Virus record (IMG/VR): IMGVR_UViG_3300045988_182393 | Span: 1 to 64,000 of that record | DNA from: a virus | Strand: one strand, 5' to 3' | Length of the DNA: 64,000 bases | Part shown: positions 28,208 through 40,162 of the stretch, in pieces | Numbering within the stretch: position 1 is the first letter of the stretch | Layout: every line of letters begins with the position of its first letter | The notes under the pieces: model-generated | What the model was told of the DNA's origin: nothing | The model's database searches: none | What the model saw: the letters and a program-made list of their open reading frames with translations, nothing else | Position numbers and translations under genes: made by a program

Positions 28208-30403
28208 ATGATTACAACAAAGAAGATTGACCCACGGCCATATCAGCAGAAAGCTGCTGCGGCGATTCACAGAGAGTGGGATGCCGGGAATAAGAAAACG
28301 CTGGTTGTGATGCCGACCGGAACCGGCAAAACTATTGTGTTTGCAAGCATCGTGAACGACCAGGTGGCAAAGGGCGAACACGTTTTGATTCTTGCGCACC
28401 GGGAAGAGCTTTTACAGCAGGCAAGCGACAAGCTCAAGATGGTGACGGGGCTAGAGACCGCGTTAGAGAAAGCGCAAAGCTCGGCGCTCGATTCCGATAA
28501 GATAGTCGTGGTTGCCAGTGTTCAGACTCTCTCTAAGCAGAATCGGTTAATGAAGTATCCGCGTGATTATTTCGGGACTATCATCATTGATGAAGCGCAT
28601 CACACGGCAGCCAAAACTTACAAGGGAATTCTCGAGCATTTCATCGATGCCAAAGTGTTGGGCGTGACCGCAACACCCGACCGAAGCGACATGAAATCCC
28701 TATCTGATATCTTTGATAGTCTTGCATTTGAATATAAGCTCCCGGATGCAATTCGGGAAGGATATCTCTGCAAAATTAACACGAAGACAATTCCGGTCGA
28801 GGTAGACATCAGCAAGGTTCATATCAATGCCGGTGATTTCAGTGCTCAGGACCTCGGCAATGTTCTTGACCTGTATCTGGACACGATTGCGGATGCCATT
28901 GTGCGAGAATGCCAGAACCGAAAGACTGTCATCTTTACGCCTCTGGTACGAATCAGCAAAAGACTGTGTAATATCCTCAATAAGCGAAACTTCAAGACCG
29001 CAGAAGTCAACGGCGCGTCTGCGGACCGGAAGGACGTTCTGAAAGGGTTTGACAATGGCGAGTACAAGGCGCTGACGAACGCGATGCTCCTGACGGAAGG
29101 CTGGGATTGCCCGACCGTTGACTGTATCATCTGCTTGCGTCCTACCAAGAGCCGTAGCCTGTATGCGCAGATTGTGGGACGCGGAACACGCCTATGTGAA
29201 GGGAAAAAGAATCTTCTCGTGCTGGATTTCCTGTGGCTGACAAAGAAACATAGTCTTTGCCATCCTGCTGATATTTTCTGTGAAGACCCGGAAGTGGCAC
29301 AAAAGACCACCGATATGCTGGCGGATGCGGCACTCACCGGTTCGAATAGCCAGGAGAATTTCGGGAGTCCCGAATTGGGGCTGATTGAGGCAATCGAGGA
29401 AGCACAGACTGAGCTGGACGAGGAAAAGCGGAAAGCACTGTGTGAACTCGAAAAGCAGGATACGATTCAGCGCAAGCTCAAGGCACAGCGTCAAAAGCCG
29501 AGAGGATTGGTTGACCCGCTGCAGTATATCTTCAGCATCGAAGCGCCAGAACTCAACGATTATCAGCCGATGTTTGAGAGTGAGAGGCAGGAGCCTTCCG
29601 ATGACATCATCGATAGTATTTCGTGCTACGGCGTGAAAGGGGATGCCATCAAATCTCAGGGCCTTGCCGCTGCAATTCTCAAACGACTCATTGCTCGCAG
29701 AGCCAGCGGAATGGCTACCCCGAAACAGATTCGGTGTCTTGAAAGTTTTGGGTTCGTCCATGTTGGGCGCTGGACATTGCGCTATGCAAGCAGCTTTTTG
29801 GACATCATCAGTTCTCATGACTGGAAACTTCCGAATGGGTTCGACGCATCCACGCTGGACCCGGAAAAGAATACGGCAGAAGACCTCGCCAAGCTGTATC
29901 CAGACTACAAGGAAGATGAGACGAAGAAAGCACCGCGTGGGGATGCTTTCATCTGCTGCTACTACGATGCAAGCTACAATTTGGCTCGCAAGAAGGTCTG
30001 CAACAGTGAAAAAGAAATGTTGAATCTGTATTATTCACTGTTCAATACTTGCGAAGCAAAGTACTTCTATTGTACGAAGGAAGCTGATGCCTGGATGGCA
30101 GAAAAGCAGAATCTAATTGCCAGAAAGACTGGAACACCGATTCCTGCCGCACAGCCGACTCAGGCAACACCCGCAGTACCTCCTCCCTTTGTCCCGACAG
30201 CTCCCGCTAAGAGCCACGAATATTATTGCTGCCTTGCACGCTGGGACGGGTCTTATATCGGCTATGAAACTTACAAGAGTGAGCAGGCGGCACAGAATGC
30301 CCGAAAGCAGATTGCCCGGCGCGGTGAGACGGCAGTGTATGCCACAGTAGAGGAAGCCGAAGCGTGGGTCGAACGGCAAAAGGCAGCGAGAACCAGGAGG
30401 TAA
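28208..30403 (+). CDS. DEAD/DEAH-box SF2 helicase with a ~330-aa C-terminal extension
   Basis: VVMPTGTGKT (I), IIIDEAHH (II), LGVTATP (III), LLTEGWDCP (V), QIVGRGTR (VI). Confidence 0.85.
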   Translation: MITTKKIDPRPYQQKAAAAIHREWDAGNKKTLVVMPTGTGKTIVFASIVNDQVAKGEHVLILAHREELLQQASDKLKMVTGLETALEKAQSSALDSDKIVVVASVQTLSKQNRLMKYPRDYFGTIIIDEAHHTAAKTYKGILEHFIDAKVLGVTATPDRSDMKSLSDIFDSLAFEYKLPDAIREGYLCKINTKTIPVEVDISKVHINAGDFSAQDLGNVLDLYLDTIADAIVRECQNRKTVIFTPLVRISKRLCNILNKRNFKTAEVNGASADRKDVLKGFDNGEYKALTNAMLLTEGWDCPTVDCIICLRPTKSRSLYAQIVGRGTRLCEGKKNLLVLDFLWLTKKHSLCHPADIFCEDPEVAQKTTDMLADAALTGSNSQENFGSPELGLIEAIEEAQTELDEEKRKALCELEKQDTIQRKLKAQRQKPRGLVDPLQYIFSIEAPELNDYQPMFESERQEPSDDIIDSISCYGVKGDAIKSQGLAAAILKRLIARRASGMATPKQIRCLESFGFVHVGRWTLRYASSFLDIISSHDWKLPNGFDASTLDPEKNTAEDLAKLYPDYKEDETKKAPRGDAFICCYYDASYNLARKKVCNSEKEMLNLYYSLFNTCEAKYFYCTKEADAWMAEKQNLIARKTGTPIPAAQPTQATPAVPPPFVPTAPAKSHEYYCCLARWDGSYIGYETYKSEQAAQNARKQIARRGETAVYATVEEAEAWVERQKAARTRR

Positions 30404-30407
30404 TCAT

Positions 30408-30962
30408 ATGCGTACCAATAAGACAGTAAGCCATATTTACTACGAACTCGACCATGATGTGCAGGAATATGCGAAACGGCTTTTGGCTAAAAAGATTCTG
30501 CACGCGGCACAGCAGGACAATGCCGTTCCGTTTCCTGATGAAACGGCAAAGAGAATTGCCGAGACGGCGGTGTTTCTGACCGAACGCCTCACGCTTTTGT
30601 ATGAGGTCAGTTCTGGCTTTCGAGGCATTCGGTTCAGCGATTCCGGGAAACAACCCGCTGTTTATACTACCATGGTTCAGCGCAATGCTCCTTTGTACGA
30701 TGAGCCGATGCTTGGGCGGGCCTACAACCTCGCCAGCTTCCTTGCCGCTGAAAGTCCCGATATCAGAGAAGTGGTTTTGATGAAGCATGGGGTTTTGGCG
30801 GCAATTTATAATGCTGCTGCGCACATGAAAGAGCGGACTCCGGAGCCGGGAAAAATCTCGGTTCAGAGCCAGCTGTTTGTGTCTACGGCAGTTGAGTTGT
30901 TTGATGGTCTTTTGAGTACAGCAGTAGAGAAAAAGAACAGCGGCAATAAAACCGCCGCATGA
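30408..30962 (+). CDS. hypothetical protein
   Basis: 184 aa. RBS aggagg. Confidence 0.5.
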   Translation: MRTNKTVSHIYYELDHDVQEYAKRLLAKKILHAAQQDNAVPFPDETAKRIAETAVFLTERLTLLYEVSSGFRGIRFSDSGKQPAVYTTMVQRNAPLYDEPMLGRAYNLASFLAAESPDIREVVLMKHGVLAAIYNAAAHMKERTPEPGKISVQSQLFVSTAVELFDGLLSTAVEKKNSGNKTAA

Positions 30963-30983
30963 GATAGAGAATAGGAGATTCGT

Positions 30984-31436
30984 ATGATTCGATTCAGAAA
31001 AGATACCCCTCGCTACTGGTTTATGAGTAACTATTATTCTTGCGAATTTGTGATGAATGGGATTCGTTACAAGAATGCCGAAGCAGCGTTTCAGAGCCAC
31101 AAGGTTCCGCTGGAAGAGCGCAAACAATTTTCAGACATGCCTCCGGCAACGGCTAAGCATTTTGGCCGTCATGTGGCTTTCCCTGCCAACTGGGACGAAA
31201 CCCGGGACGATGTAATGCGCCGCGTGGTGATGGCTAAATTCGAACAGAATAAAGACCTCAAGCAGCGTCTCCTCGAAACGGGAACGCAGCCAATCGAGGA
31301 AGATACCACCAGTTGGCACGATAACTACTGGGGAAACTGCCATTGCCCGAAATGCCGGAACATCCCGGGTCAGAACCGGCTTGGGATTATTCTGATGGAA
31401 ACGAGGGACAAGCTAAAAAAACAAACGAGTAAATAA
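30984..31436 (+). CDS. NADAR (YbiA/DUF1768) domain protein
   Basis: FMSNYYSCEFVMNGIRYKNAEAAFQSHK, MAKFEQNKDLKQRLLETG and NYWGN...GQNRLGIILMETRDKL match E. coli YbiA block for block. Confidence 0.85.
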   Translation: MIRFRKDTPRYWFMSNYYSCEFVMNGIRYKNAEAAFQSHKVPLEERKQFSDMPPATAKHFGRHVAFPANWDETRDDVMRRVVMAKFEQNKDLKQRLLETGTQPIEEDTTSWHDNYWGNCHCPKCRNIPGQNRLGIILMETRDKLKKQTSK

Positions 31437-31461
31437 TATTTGCGAGTCATTTCCTTTTTTA

Positions 31462-31508
31462 AGACAAAAGGCTGCCGCCCATCACGGGTAGCAGCCTTCT
31501 TTTTTTGT
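31462..31508. terminator. Bidirectional Rho-independent terminator
   Basis: aaaaggctgc...gcagcctt then tttttttg, between convergent genes. Confidence 0.7.
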
Positions 31509-31961
31509 TTAGTGGGTGTCGTGGCACACATGCTCGAAATCGACGAGCAGCTCATTTGCTGCCTTTTGCACACATGCTATGGCCGGTTCATCCTTGACTT
31601 TTTCAGGTAAAAGGATAAGGCACGGACGGTTAATATCAGTTGAGCTGCTATAGTGGCAGGAGAGCAACTCTTCTCCAAATTCGTGATTAAGGGCGGAGGC
31701 AAGACATTTACCGAGCAAAGCACAATCCTCATCTTTCGCCAAAAGCCTATCCGCCTCATCGTAGTTAATGCGGCCGTTATCGAGACATATACGGTCAAGA
31801 AATGCACGAACAGAAGCAGATGCGCTCATGGCATCTATAGTCTGACGATGATTCTCAAGAAAAATGCAAAATATCGGCTTTTCGATTTCATCCAAGTAAA
31901 AGCCAAGGCCGGTAATACGGGTATTGGTATCGGTTTGTGTCATAGGAAACACCTCATCCAT
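31509..31961 (-). CDS. hypothetical protein (minus-strand cassette)
   Basis: 150-aa ORF downstream of the 628-aa XRE gene. Confidence 0.45.
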   Translation of the reverse strand: MDEVFPMTQTDTNTRITGLGFYLDEIEKPIFCIFLENHRQTIDAMSASASVRAFLDRICLDNGRINYDEADRLLAKDEDCALLGKCLASALNHEFGEELLSCHYSSSTDINRPCLILLPEKVKDEPAIACVQKAANELLVDFEHVCHDTH

Positions 31962-31997
31962 TATGGCAGCGAATCACCTTGCCGCATTCAGAACAAC

Positions 31998-33884
31998 TCA
32001 CTGAACAACTTCGCCAAGGTCATTTGCGTATTTCGGGTCACACATCATGAAATAGTTGACGGGGCCGTACTCCAGACCGAGCTCCTGCGCGTATGCCTTG
32101 ATGACTTCCAGAACGTCCTCTTTCTTGAGGCCAAACTTGGAATGCAGACGGGCAAACTCTTTGTCAGAGACAGAAACGCAAGAGCAATTTTCTGCATCGG
32201 TTTCTTTGCTGCCCAGCATCCCGTCAAAGATGTCCTGCCCTGCACAGAGAATCGTCTCATTGTTCATCGCATAGGCGATAACGGAAGCCTTACAGTCAAA
32301 GTCGCTGTCTTCCACAAGGAAATCCTCAGGGCGGCCGTGACGTTCAACAACGTTTTCATAGATGTCCCGGAGTTCGATAGGAGCAGAAGGAGCGGTCAGC
32401 GCTGCTTTATGAAGGCGCATGAATTCCACAAACTTTTCATCCGAGAGGGTATCAGTATAAAAGCCGATGCCGGAAACGCGAACCTTCACTTCGCTGGCAA
32501 AGTAATCGTCAATTTTGGAGACGATTTTCTGTTGAACCCGCTTGTACGCTTCCTGAACATTGGAAGCCGTGTAAAATACCGGGAACTTCATGATGTCGAT
32601 TCCCTCCGGCAGACTCGCGTCATAGGCCGCATCAATGCCGCCTCGCAGCGCCGGAACCGCGTCATGCAGCTCTTTCACAGAAGAAATGTATCCGGTAATG
32701 TACAGCTCATCGTTTTTGCTGTAATGCCCGATAAGTCCCACATAGAGGGTCTGCATCAGCATCCGCTTGAAGCTGAACCAACATAGACGAATGGGTAGAA
32801 TGACATTAGCAGCCGTACCTTCCGCACGATAGGTGCCGGGGGCAGAGACCTTTTCCAGCAGAATCTGGTCGTTCTTGTCGCCGTATTTTTCCTTGAAAAG
32901 AGCTTGAAGAATTTCAGTGGACGAAAGAGGAGTGGACATTGGAATCGTTTCATTCAGAAAAGAGAGGAATGCATCCACGTTGTCTTTCTGCCATGCGTCA
33001 TCAGACATGCTTGCACGCTGCATAGAGAGCTTGTCTTTCCCGTCGTCAGGCAAGGGCTCATACCCACAGGCGATACGAAGCTCGTTCTCCGTGACAGCAT
33101 CCGTTGCGCTTGCAATTTTCTTGATGGTATTCTCGGTCGGCTGAGCTTTTGCGTTGCCATTCACGAGGCTGCTGATATACCCACGAGTCAGTCCTGCCTG
33201 AAACGCAAACTTACCCTGTGTTCGGGTTCCGATGGCTTTTTTAACCAGCGATGCCAGCCTTTGAAAGTCGGGCTCTTTGGGAAAAGTGGCCTCCGTATCC
33301 TTATTGCCGTTCTTTTCAAGTACCGACTTGTCCCAACCGGTGACAAGAGAATACCCAATATCCTTCAAGGATTGATAGGCAACCCCGTTCTGGTCAAGAG
33401 CCGGGGAGTATGTACCGCTGTTATCTTCCAGCTGCTCTACTGCGTCACGCACCATCCTTGCTTCGTTCATCAGGATGACGTCCGGGGCTTCAAGCCGGGC
33501 AAGACTCTTGTACCGATTATTGAGGCGCTCGACTCGTGCGGCCAATGCAGTGATGTTGGCAACTTGGTCTTCCGTTGCATGGGCAGAGATATCTGCACCA
33601 AGTTCAAAATGGTTCAGTGCAGGAATATCCACGCCTTTGCTCTTGGCGAATTCCACAATGGCTTCCGCGCCATAAAAACGCTTCTCATGGGTTGCGACAA
33701 CTTTCGTTATCGTGTCGGCCGAGTTGTCCAGCTCAAGCACTTCACCTTTTCCGGCATCCTCGACATAACACCTGGCGTTGGTGAGAAAGCCTTTCAAAAA
33801 ATCAGCATCCACATCCAGCTTTTTAGCGATGTCGGGCAGCTGCTTATAGAAAATCACGGGCGTGGCGAGGTTAACATAAATCAT
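31998..33884 (-). CDS. Large (628 aa) protein with a central XRE/Cro-C1-type HTH
   Basis: FAFQAGLTRGYISSLVNGNAKAQPTENTIKKIASA resembles an XRE HTH. Divergent from the + operon starting at 34256. Confidence 0.55.
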   Translation of the reverse strand: MIYVNLATPVIFYKQLPDIAKKLDVDADFLKGFLTNARCYVEDAGKGEVLELDNSADTITKVVATHEKRFYGAEAIVEFAKSKGVDIPALNHFELGADISAHATEDQVANITALAARVERLNNRYKSLARLEAPDVILMNEARMVRDAVEQLEDNSGTYSPALDQNGVAYQSLKDIGYSLVTGWDKSVLEKNGNKDTEATFPKEPDFQRLASLVKKAIGTRTQGKFAFQAGLTRGYISSLVNGNAKAQPTENTIKKIASATDAVTENELRIACGYEPLPDDGKDKLSMQRASMSDDAWQKDNVDAFLSFLNETIPMSTPLSSTEILQALFKEKYGDKNDQILLEKVSAPGTYRAEGTAANVILPIRLCWFSFKRMLMQTLYVGLIGHYSKNDELYITGYISSVKELHDAVPALRGGIDAAYDASLPEGIDIMKFPVFYTASNVQEAYKRVQQKIVSKIDDYFASEVKVRVSGIGFYTDTLSDEKFVEFMRLHKAALTAPSAPIELRDIYENVVERHGRPEDFLVEDSDFDCKASVIAYAMNNETILCAGQDIFDGMLGSKETDAENCSCVSVSDKEFARLHSKFGLKKEDVLEVIKAYAQELGLEYGPVNYFMMCDPKYANDLGEVVQ

Positions 33885-34119
33885 GGTGTACTCCTTTCAA
33901 ATATGTCATTAGCTGTACAATGCTGTCATCTTCTGTAATTATAATAGCACATCCCGCACCAAAAAGCAAGCATGAATTTACAATAAATGACAAGAAAATA
34001 CACGAGATGACATATTTGGGCAAAGCGGTTGATTTTTGGCATTTCCTGTTCAGCAACGGAACAAGTCCCATGTGCCTTGTCTTTGTCACGGCTTTGCCAT
34101 ATTTTTGCCTTGTGCATCC

Positions 34120-34137
34120 GTGCGAATTGAATATGAT
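34120..34137 (+). promoter_or_regulatory. Conserved promoter box GTGCGAA-N5-TATGAT
   Basis: ccgtgcgaa ttgaa tatgat, in a divergent intergenic region. Confidence 0.5.
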
Positions 34138-34255
34138 GGGAAATATAAAATAAATAAGTGTAAGCCGCAGAGATTATGTTTCTGCGGCTCTTTCTTTTGT
34201 GGTCCCCATGCGGATGAAAATGTCTGCGTGGGGATTATTTATTGGGAGATATAAC

Positions 34256-35515
<1,260 letters not shown>

Positions 35516-35719
35516 TGGAATTATGGGTGTGCCGATTACTTTTTTGGACAAGTATAACCCGGATGAATTTGAGATTATTCAACTCTGTGCCTCTCATGGG
35601 AAAGTGCCAAAAGGAATTGAGAATGAATCTGGCTATATAAATGGGAAATGGTTGTATGCCCGTATTCTTATTCAAAAGAAGAAAGAATGTAAATATTAAG
35701 GAGAATTAGGAAAACTGAA

Positions 35720-36400
35720 ATGAAACAGAAAAAAGAGCAAAATGGGCTTATCTTCAAAAGCTATTTTCATGCACCTAACGAAGGCGAAGTGTACAAAAGT
35801 GCAATGAACAAGTTGTCAGACAAAACACTTAACAACTTTACGCCTATTTCTATGGCTACAACAGCAAAAGAAGAATTTAAAAACAAATTGGCTATTGAGG
35901 AATGGGTGAATTCGTATGTGGGGGCGGCTAAACAATTAGCACAACTAAATCAAAACAGATGTAACGGTGGCAAGACCGGGTATGCGCTTTATAAATACAA
36001 TTATACTTTGCCAACTGTGTTTCTCATAAGACACGCGGCAGAACTTGCAATAAAAGAAGCCATCGATAAAAGTGGGAAAGTGCCGAATAGCTCTACCCAC
36101 GACCTTGACAAGTTGTGGAATTCTATATCGAGTCAACTTCCTGAAAGTAAAACTCCAAACGATAGGAAAACCATACAGCAAGTGCGTACGTTTTTACAAT
36201 ATATATCCCACTTGGATAAAGATGGAACAAAAGCACGATATGCGGTTGATAAAAATGGAAATTATACGCACGCGAAATTCGAATGGGTGGATTGTATAAA
36301 ACTGTCTAATACATTAGATGCTTTTGTTACAACACTTCGTTCCATAGACTGGGAGCATGTTAAGGCTTCAAAGGAAAAAGAAGCAAAGAAAGAAGGATAA
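35720..36400 (+). CDS. hypothetical protein (low-GC)
   Basis: 226 aa, AT-rich codon usage. Sits between the methyltransferase and the Type IV restriction gene. Confidence 0.5.
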   Translation: MKQKKEQNGLIFKSYFHAPNEGEVYKSAMNKLSDKTLNNFTPISMATTAKEEFKNKLAIEEWVNSYVGAAKQLAQLNQNRCNGGKTGYALYKYNYTLPTVFLIRHAAELAIKEAIDKSGKVPNSSTHDLDKLWNSISSQLPESKTPNDRKTIQQVRTFLQYISHLDKDGTKARYAVDKNGNYTHAKFEWVDCIKLSNTLDAFVTTLRSIDWEHVKASKEKEAKKEG

Positions 36401-36403
36401 ATC

Positions 36404-37540
36404 ATGAAAATCACCGAAACTAAAATCAAGGTATCTGACCTTGTCGAGAACTACAAGGATAATGGCGATGGCGGTGTCTTTGGCTACAATGACCGTCTTA
36501 CGATTCGCCCGTCCTTCCAGCGTGAGTTTATTTACGGGGAGAAGCAGCGTGCAGCCGTCATCGATTCCGTAATGAACGGATTTCCGCTGAACGTCATGTA
36601 CTGGTCTAAGACCGGGGCTGACACATACGAGGTTCTTGATGGGCAGCAGCGTACCGTCTCTATTGCCCAGTACATCAACAAGGATTTCCCTGTCACGGTC
36701 AACGGCAATGATAAGTTCTTCCAGAACCTGACCAACGAAGAAAAGCAGGCAATTCTGGACTACGAGCTGACGGTCTATGTCTGTGAAGGCACGGAAGCCG
36801 AGAAGCTGGAATGGTTTAAGCGTATCAACATCGCTGGAGAAGTTCTGACTCCGCAAGAGCTGCTGAACGCTACCTATACAGGTCCGTGGCTGGCTGATGC
36901 AAAGAACTACTTCTCAAAGCGCAACTGTGTGGCCGCGAAGATGGCTGATGGTTACTTGAAAGGGAACCCTATTCGGCAGGAACTGCTGGAAAAGGCTCTG
37001 ACTTGGATTGCGGACCGGGATGGTCTGGAATCCGGGCAGATGTACATGGCTATCCACCAGCATGACGAGGATGCCAATGACCTCTGGCTTTACTTCCAGT
37101 CAGTTATCAACTGGGCAAAAATGCTGTTCCCGACTAAGCGGAAGGGGATTACTGATGCACAGGCGTGGGGACTGCTCTACAACAAGTACCATGCCATGCA
37201 GTACAACAGCAACGCTCTGGAAGCAGACATCAAGCAGCTCGTGATGGACGATGATGTGACGAAAAAGGCAGGCATCGTTCCGTACATCCTGTCTGACCGT
37301 ACATGGCGTGACGAGAAGCACCTGTCTCTGCGTGCGTTTACTGAATCCCAGAAACTCCGTGCCTACGAGCGGCAGGGTCACAAATGTCCCTTGTGCGTTG
37401 CAAATGGCATCAACACCGAGTATGCCTTTGAGGATATGGAAGGTGACCACATCATTCCTTGGAGCAAGGGCGGGCATACTACGGATGACAACCTGCAGAT
37501 GTTGTGCAAGAAGTGCAATGCGGCGAAGTCGGATATGTAA
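36404..37540 (+). CDS. GmrSD-like Type IV restriction enzyme (N-terminal DUF262/ParB-like + C-terminal HNH)
   Basis: VLDGQQRTVSI (DGQQR). C-terminus CPLC...GDHIIPWSKGGHTTDDNLQMLCKKCNAAK (HNH). Confidence 0.8.
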   Translation: MKITETKIKVSDLVENYKDNGDGGVFGYNDRLTIRPSFQREFIYGEKQRAAVIDSVMNGFPLNVMYWSKTGADTYEVLDGQQRTVSIAQYINKDFPVTVNGNDKFFQNLTNEEKQAILDYELTVYVCEGTEAEKLEWFKRINIAGEVLTPQELLNATYTGPWLADAKNYFSKRNCVAAKMADGYLKGNPIRQELLEKALTWIADRDGLESGQMYMAIHQHDEDANDLWLYFQSVINWAKMLFPTKRKGITDAQAWGLLYNKYHAMQYNSNALEADIKQLVMDDDVTKKAGIVPYILSDRTWRDEKHLSLRAFTESQKLRAYERQGHKCPLCVANGINTEYAFEDMEGDHIIPWSKGGHTTDDNLQMLCKKCNAAKSDM

Positions 37541-37626
37541 TGGTGGGAGCATATCATGAAAAAATATCGCTCTTTCATGTTCGGTATGTTCACCGGCACA
37601 GATGGGAATACAAATGTCGTATTTTT

Positions 37627-38031
37627 TCAAAAATCCAATTTATAATCCCCTGTAAGAATCCCATCAACCTCCATTGTTGCGTTCGGGTCTGCTCGAAACC
37701 CAGCTTTATGACAAAAGACTTCCATTTCACGAGTTAGTACAGATTGCATAACGATACGATGCACACCATAGTCTTCGCAAATTTCTTTCAACGCATCGAG
37801 CAACAGAGACATTGTACCATGACGCTTTATAGAAAACCTAACACGTGAAATAACCAAAGCAAAATTACAAAGAAATGAAACCCTAAGTTCATTTTCACCG
37901 TCATCAGAAGTAATCCAGACTGTGCGCATACTATTAGATACGTTGCAAATACAACCTTGCTTATCCTCGATGATATTCACAAGCCGTTGCGTTTGTTCCT
38001 TCGTAAGCTCAAGCATACCGGGCAATGCCAT
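37627..38031 (-). CDS. Possible GNAT-family acetyltransferase (small, low-GC)
   Basis: HRIVMQSVLTREMEVFCHKAGF resembles the GNAT C-terminal motif. Weak call. Confidence 0.35.
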   Translation of the reverse strand: MALPGMLELTKEQTQRLVNIIEDKQGCICNVSNSMRTVWITSDDGENELRVSFLCNFALVISRVRFSIKRHGTMSLLLDALKEICEDYGVHRIVMQSVLTREMEVFCHKAGFRADPNATMEVDGILTGDYKLDF

Positions 38032-38099
38032 AAAGATTCCTCCGACAGTTATGTAGTATCATTTCATACATATATTATACATGTATTCTATACCGTTGG

Positions 38100-38590
38100 C
38101 CAAGCTGCTAGGTCGTTATTTTACAAAAAAATTCAAAAACAGGAGCCGTTCATACCACAGGAAAGCCTGCGGGTTTTCTAGCTCCCAATTATAACATTGG
38201 TGCCCGGTATTTCATCCGCGAGGTAACAAAACCCATGTCAAAGAAGGCATGGTCTCAGTGTAAGGCTAAAGTTCCTGACATTGGGCGTAGAACCCAATGC
38301 ACATTGTACTCCCTTAAACAGTTGCATTCACTGTTGAGCCCCCCCGTGGCGACTCAACAGCCCGGGCCCATCTGTTGGGATTACACTGTGTTGCGAGAAC
38401 TTTGCGGGAGACTAACCCCTATGTGGCGACCAATGCCGTCAGGCATTGTTAGCTAAGTTCGGGTCGTATCTCTACCTTCGGGTTACGCAGAGACTTACCG
38501 TGGGGTTACAACCCACGGAGAAGCCCCAACTATAGCCGAAAGGTTTAGGTGGGGAGGTCCACGATGAAGCATACAAAATTAGCGAGGTAG
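38100..38590 (+). ncRNA. Structured non-coding leader containing module copy R3
   Basis: ctgttgag...ctcaacag hairpin, ccgtggg-gttacaa-cccacgg, ccccaacta-t-agcc-GAAA-ggtt-tagg-tgggg, then RBS and ATG 38597. Confidence 0.35.
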
Positions 38591-38596
38591 AAGTTA

Positions 38597-38986
38597 ATGT
38601 TTAATACTAAGAAAACCGTCCGCCAGGACATTCACGAAAACGAAGTAGCTTACTCCGGCACTGTGACTGCCGTCACCCACATGACCATCGTGGTCTTCAT
38701 CCCGGCACTCGATGTCGAGGTGGATGTCAAGCGTAACCCCGATGCATCCGTCCAGAACGGTTCTGTCCCCGAAGTAGGGGATATTGCTACTGTGCAAGTA
38801 GTGCTTGAAGACGGCGATTATAACGCTACCGCTGCCACGTTCGTGCCACAGCAGGACATCAAGGAAGACATTCCCGTCACCGATGACGACTTCTTTGATG
38901 ACGATTTGGATGATGAAAAAGCAGAGGAGTATGACTGGTACAACGAGCCTCCTGCAGATGATTTTGGCAATTGGGACATTGACTGA
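38597..38986 (+). CDS. Acidic hypothetical protein (D/E-rich C-terminus)
   Basis: 129 aa. RBS gcgagg. DDDFFDDDLDDEKAEEYDW tail. Confidence 0.5.
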   Translation: MFNTKKTVRQDIHENEVAYSGTVTAVTHMTIVVFIPALDVEVDVKRNPDASVQNGSVPEVGDIATVQVVLEDGDYNATAATFVPQQDIKEDIPVTDDDFFDDDLDDEKAEEYDWYNEPPADDFGNWDID

Positions 38987-39050
38987 ATTATTGAGATTGG
39001 CCTTGAGTAATTCACGAAGCGTGGTATAATAAGACTATCACAAAAGGTTT

Positions 39051-39106
39051 GAGCCTCCCATCGTAATCAGTAGCATGCTGACTGCGGTGGGAGGCTTTTT
39101 ATTTTG
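39051..39106 (+). terminator. Rho-independent terminator
   Basis: gcctccca...tgggaggc then tttttatttt. Confidence 0.7.
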
Positions 39107-39128
39107 AAGAAAGGGGCAATGATAGATT

Positions 39129-40007
39129 ATGACTTTGAACGCACAGAATGGAACTAAAAAAGAACACTTTGTTCCGCAATTTTATATGGCTAATTTTTCG
39201 ATTCCGGGAAAACACGGAATAGTCTATTCACTTGAAGCCACGGTAATCAACCCTCGCCCAAAGAAGATGGCAGTTTCCGGGTTGTGCGTCTGTGATGATT
39301 TGTATGAAAGTAAATACGATGATAAATACATTTTGCACAACGAAACAGAGCATTCGTTTTCAAAATACGAAGCAAAGCAAAAGGTGCTTGTAGATAAAAT
39401 AATTAACATTTCAAATAACAGGGAAAACATCAATTCGGCATTGGTTCTAAGAAAGTCTGAAAAAGAGGCGCTGGTTCAATTTGTAGCGCAACTATATCTC
39501 AGGAATAAATCGATTTACCAGAAAATGTGTAATAGTTTAAAATGCCAGTCGGACGGGAGTGGTAATGATTGGAAAAGGTTCATGGATTCGTTTTTGAAAC
39601 AAGCTTACAATAGAACAATTATTTCAACAAACGATGGCGAGCATGAAGAATTTCAAACAAAAGACTTGTGTAAGTATTTGAATACGTTGTGCTATCAATT
39701 TTGCTATACGCGGGAAACATTCATAACTTCTAATGTGCCAGTAACAATCTTTACTGTAAAAAACAAGAATGTTCTGGAGGTATGGGTTCCATTAGCATCA
39801 CATGTTGGAGTTTTGTTCTCGTCAAAGAACGGACATTCAGGAAATAATAGGCTTATTGACCACACGCAGTCAACAGAAGAACTCAATAGGCGCATGTATT
39901 GGGCACCGATTGCGGCTCATAGCAGTTCTATTTTGCTTATTGCATCAAAAGACAAGGTCCTTCGAGAATTGTATCAAAATGCTTCAACAGAATTTCAAAA
40001 GATATAA
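39129..40007 (+). CDS. DUF4238-like protein (low-GC)
   Basis: N-terminal HFVPQFYMANF matches the DUF4238 HxVPxxYL signature. AT-rich. Confidence 0.5.
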   Translation: MTLNAQNGTKKEHFVPQFYMANFSIPGKHGIVYSLEATVINPRPKKMAVSGLCVCDDLYESKYDDKYILHNETEHSFSKYEAKQKVLVDKIINISNNRENINSALVLRKSEKEALVQFVAQLYLRNKSIYQKMCNSLKCQSDGSGNDWKRFMDSFLKQAYNRTIISTNDGEHEEFQTKDLCKYLNTLCYQFCYTRETFITSNVPVTIFTVKNKNVLEVWVPLASHVGVLFSSKNGHSGNNRLIDHTQSTEELNRRMYWAPIAAHSSSILLIASKDKVLRELYQNASTEFQKI

Positions 40008-40162
40008 GGGCGAAATTAGAACTATAATCTTTTATGCCACCTCATTGCATAATTGTAAATTATAAAAACAAATGGTATAATGTAAATAATACAAACCGCC
40101 ATCCAGCACTAAACTCAAATACCAAAAAATCAAACAAATCCCATCACGAAAGGAGCCATACC

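Noticed and set aside
38235-38456. 73-aa + strand ORF in the 38.1-38.6 kb region
   Set aside because: Sits inside a hairpin-dense non-coding leader (the R3 structured RNA region) with no RBS. More likely RNA than protein.
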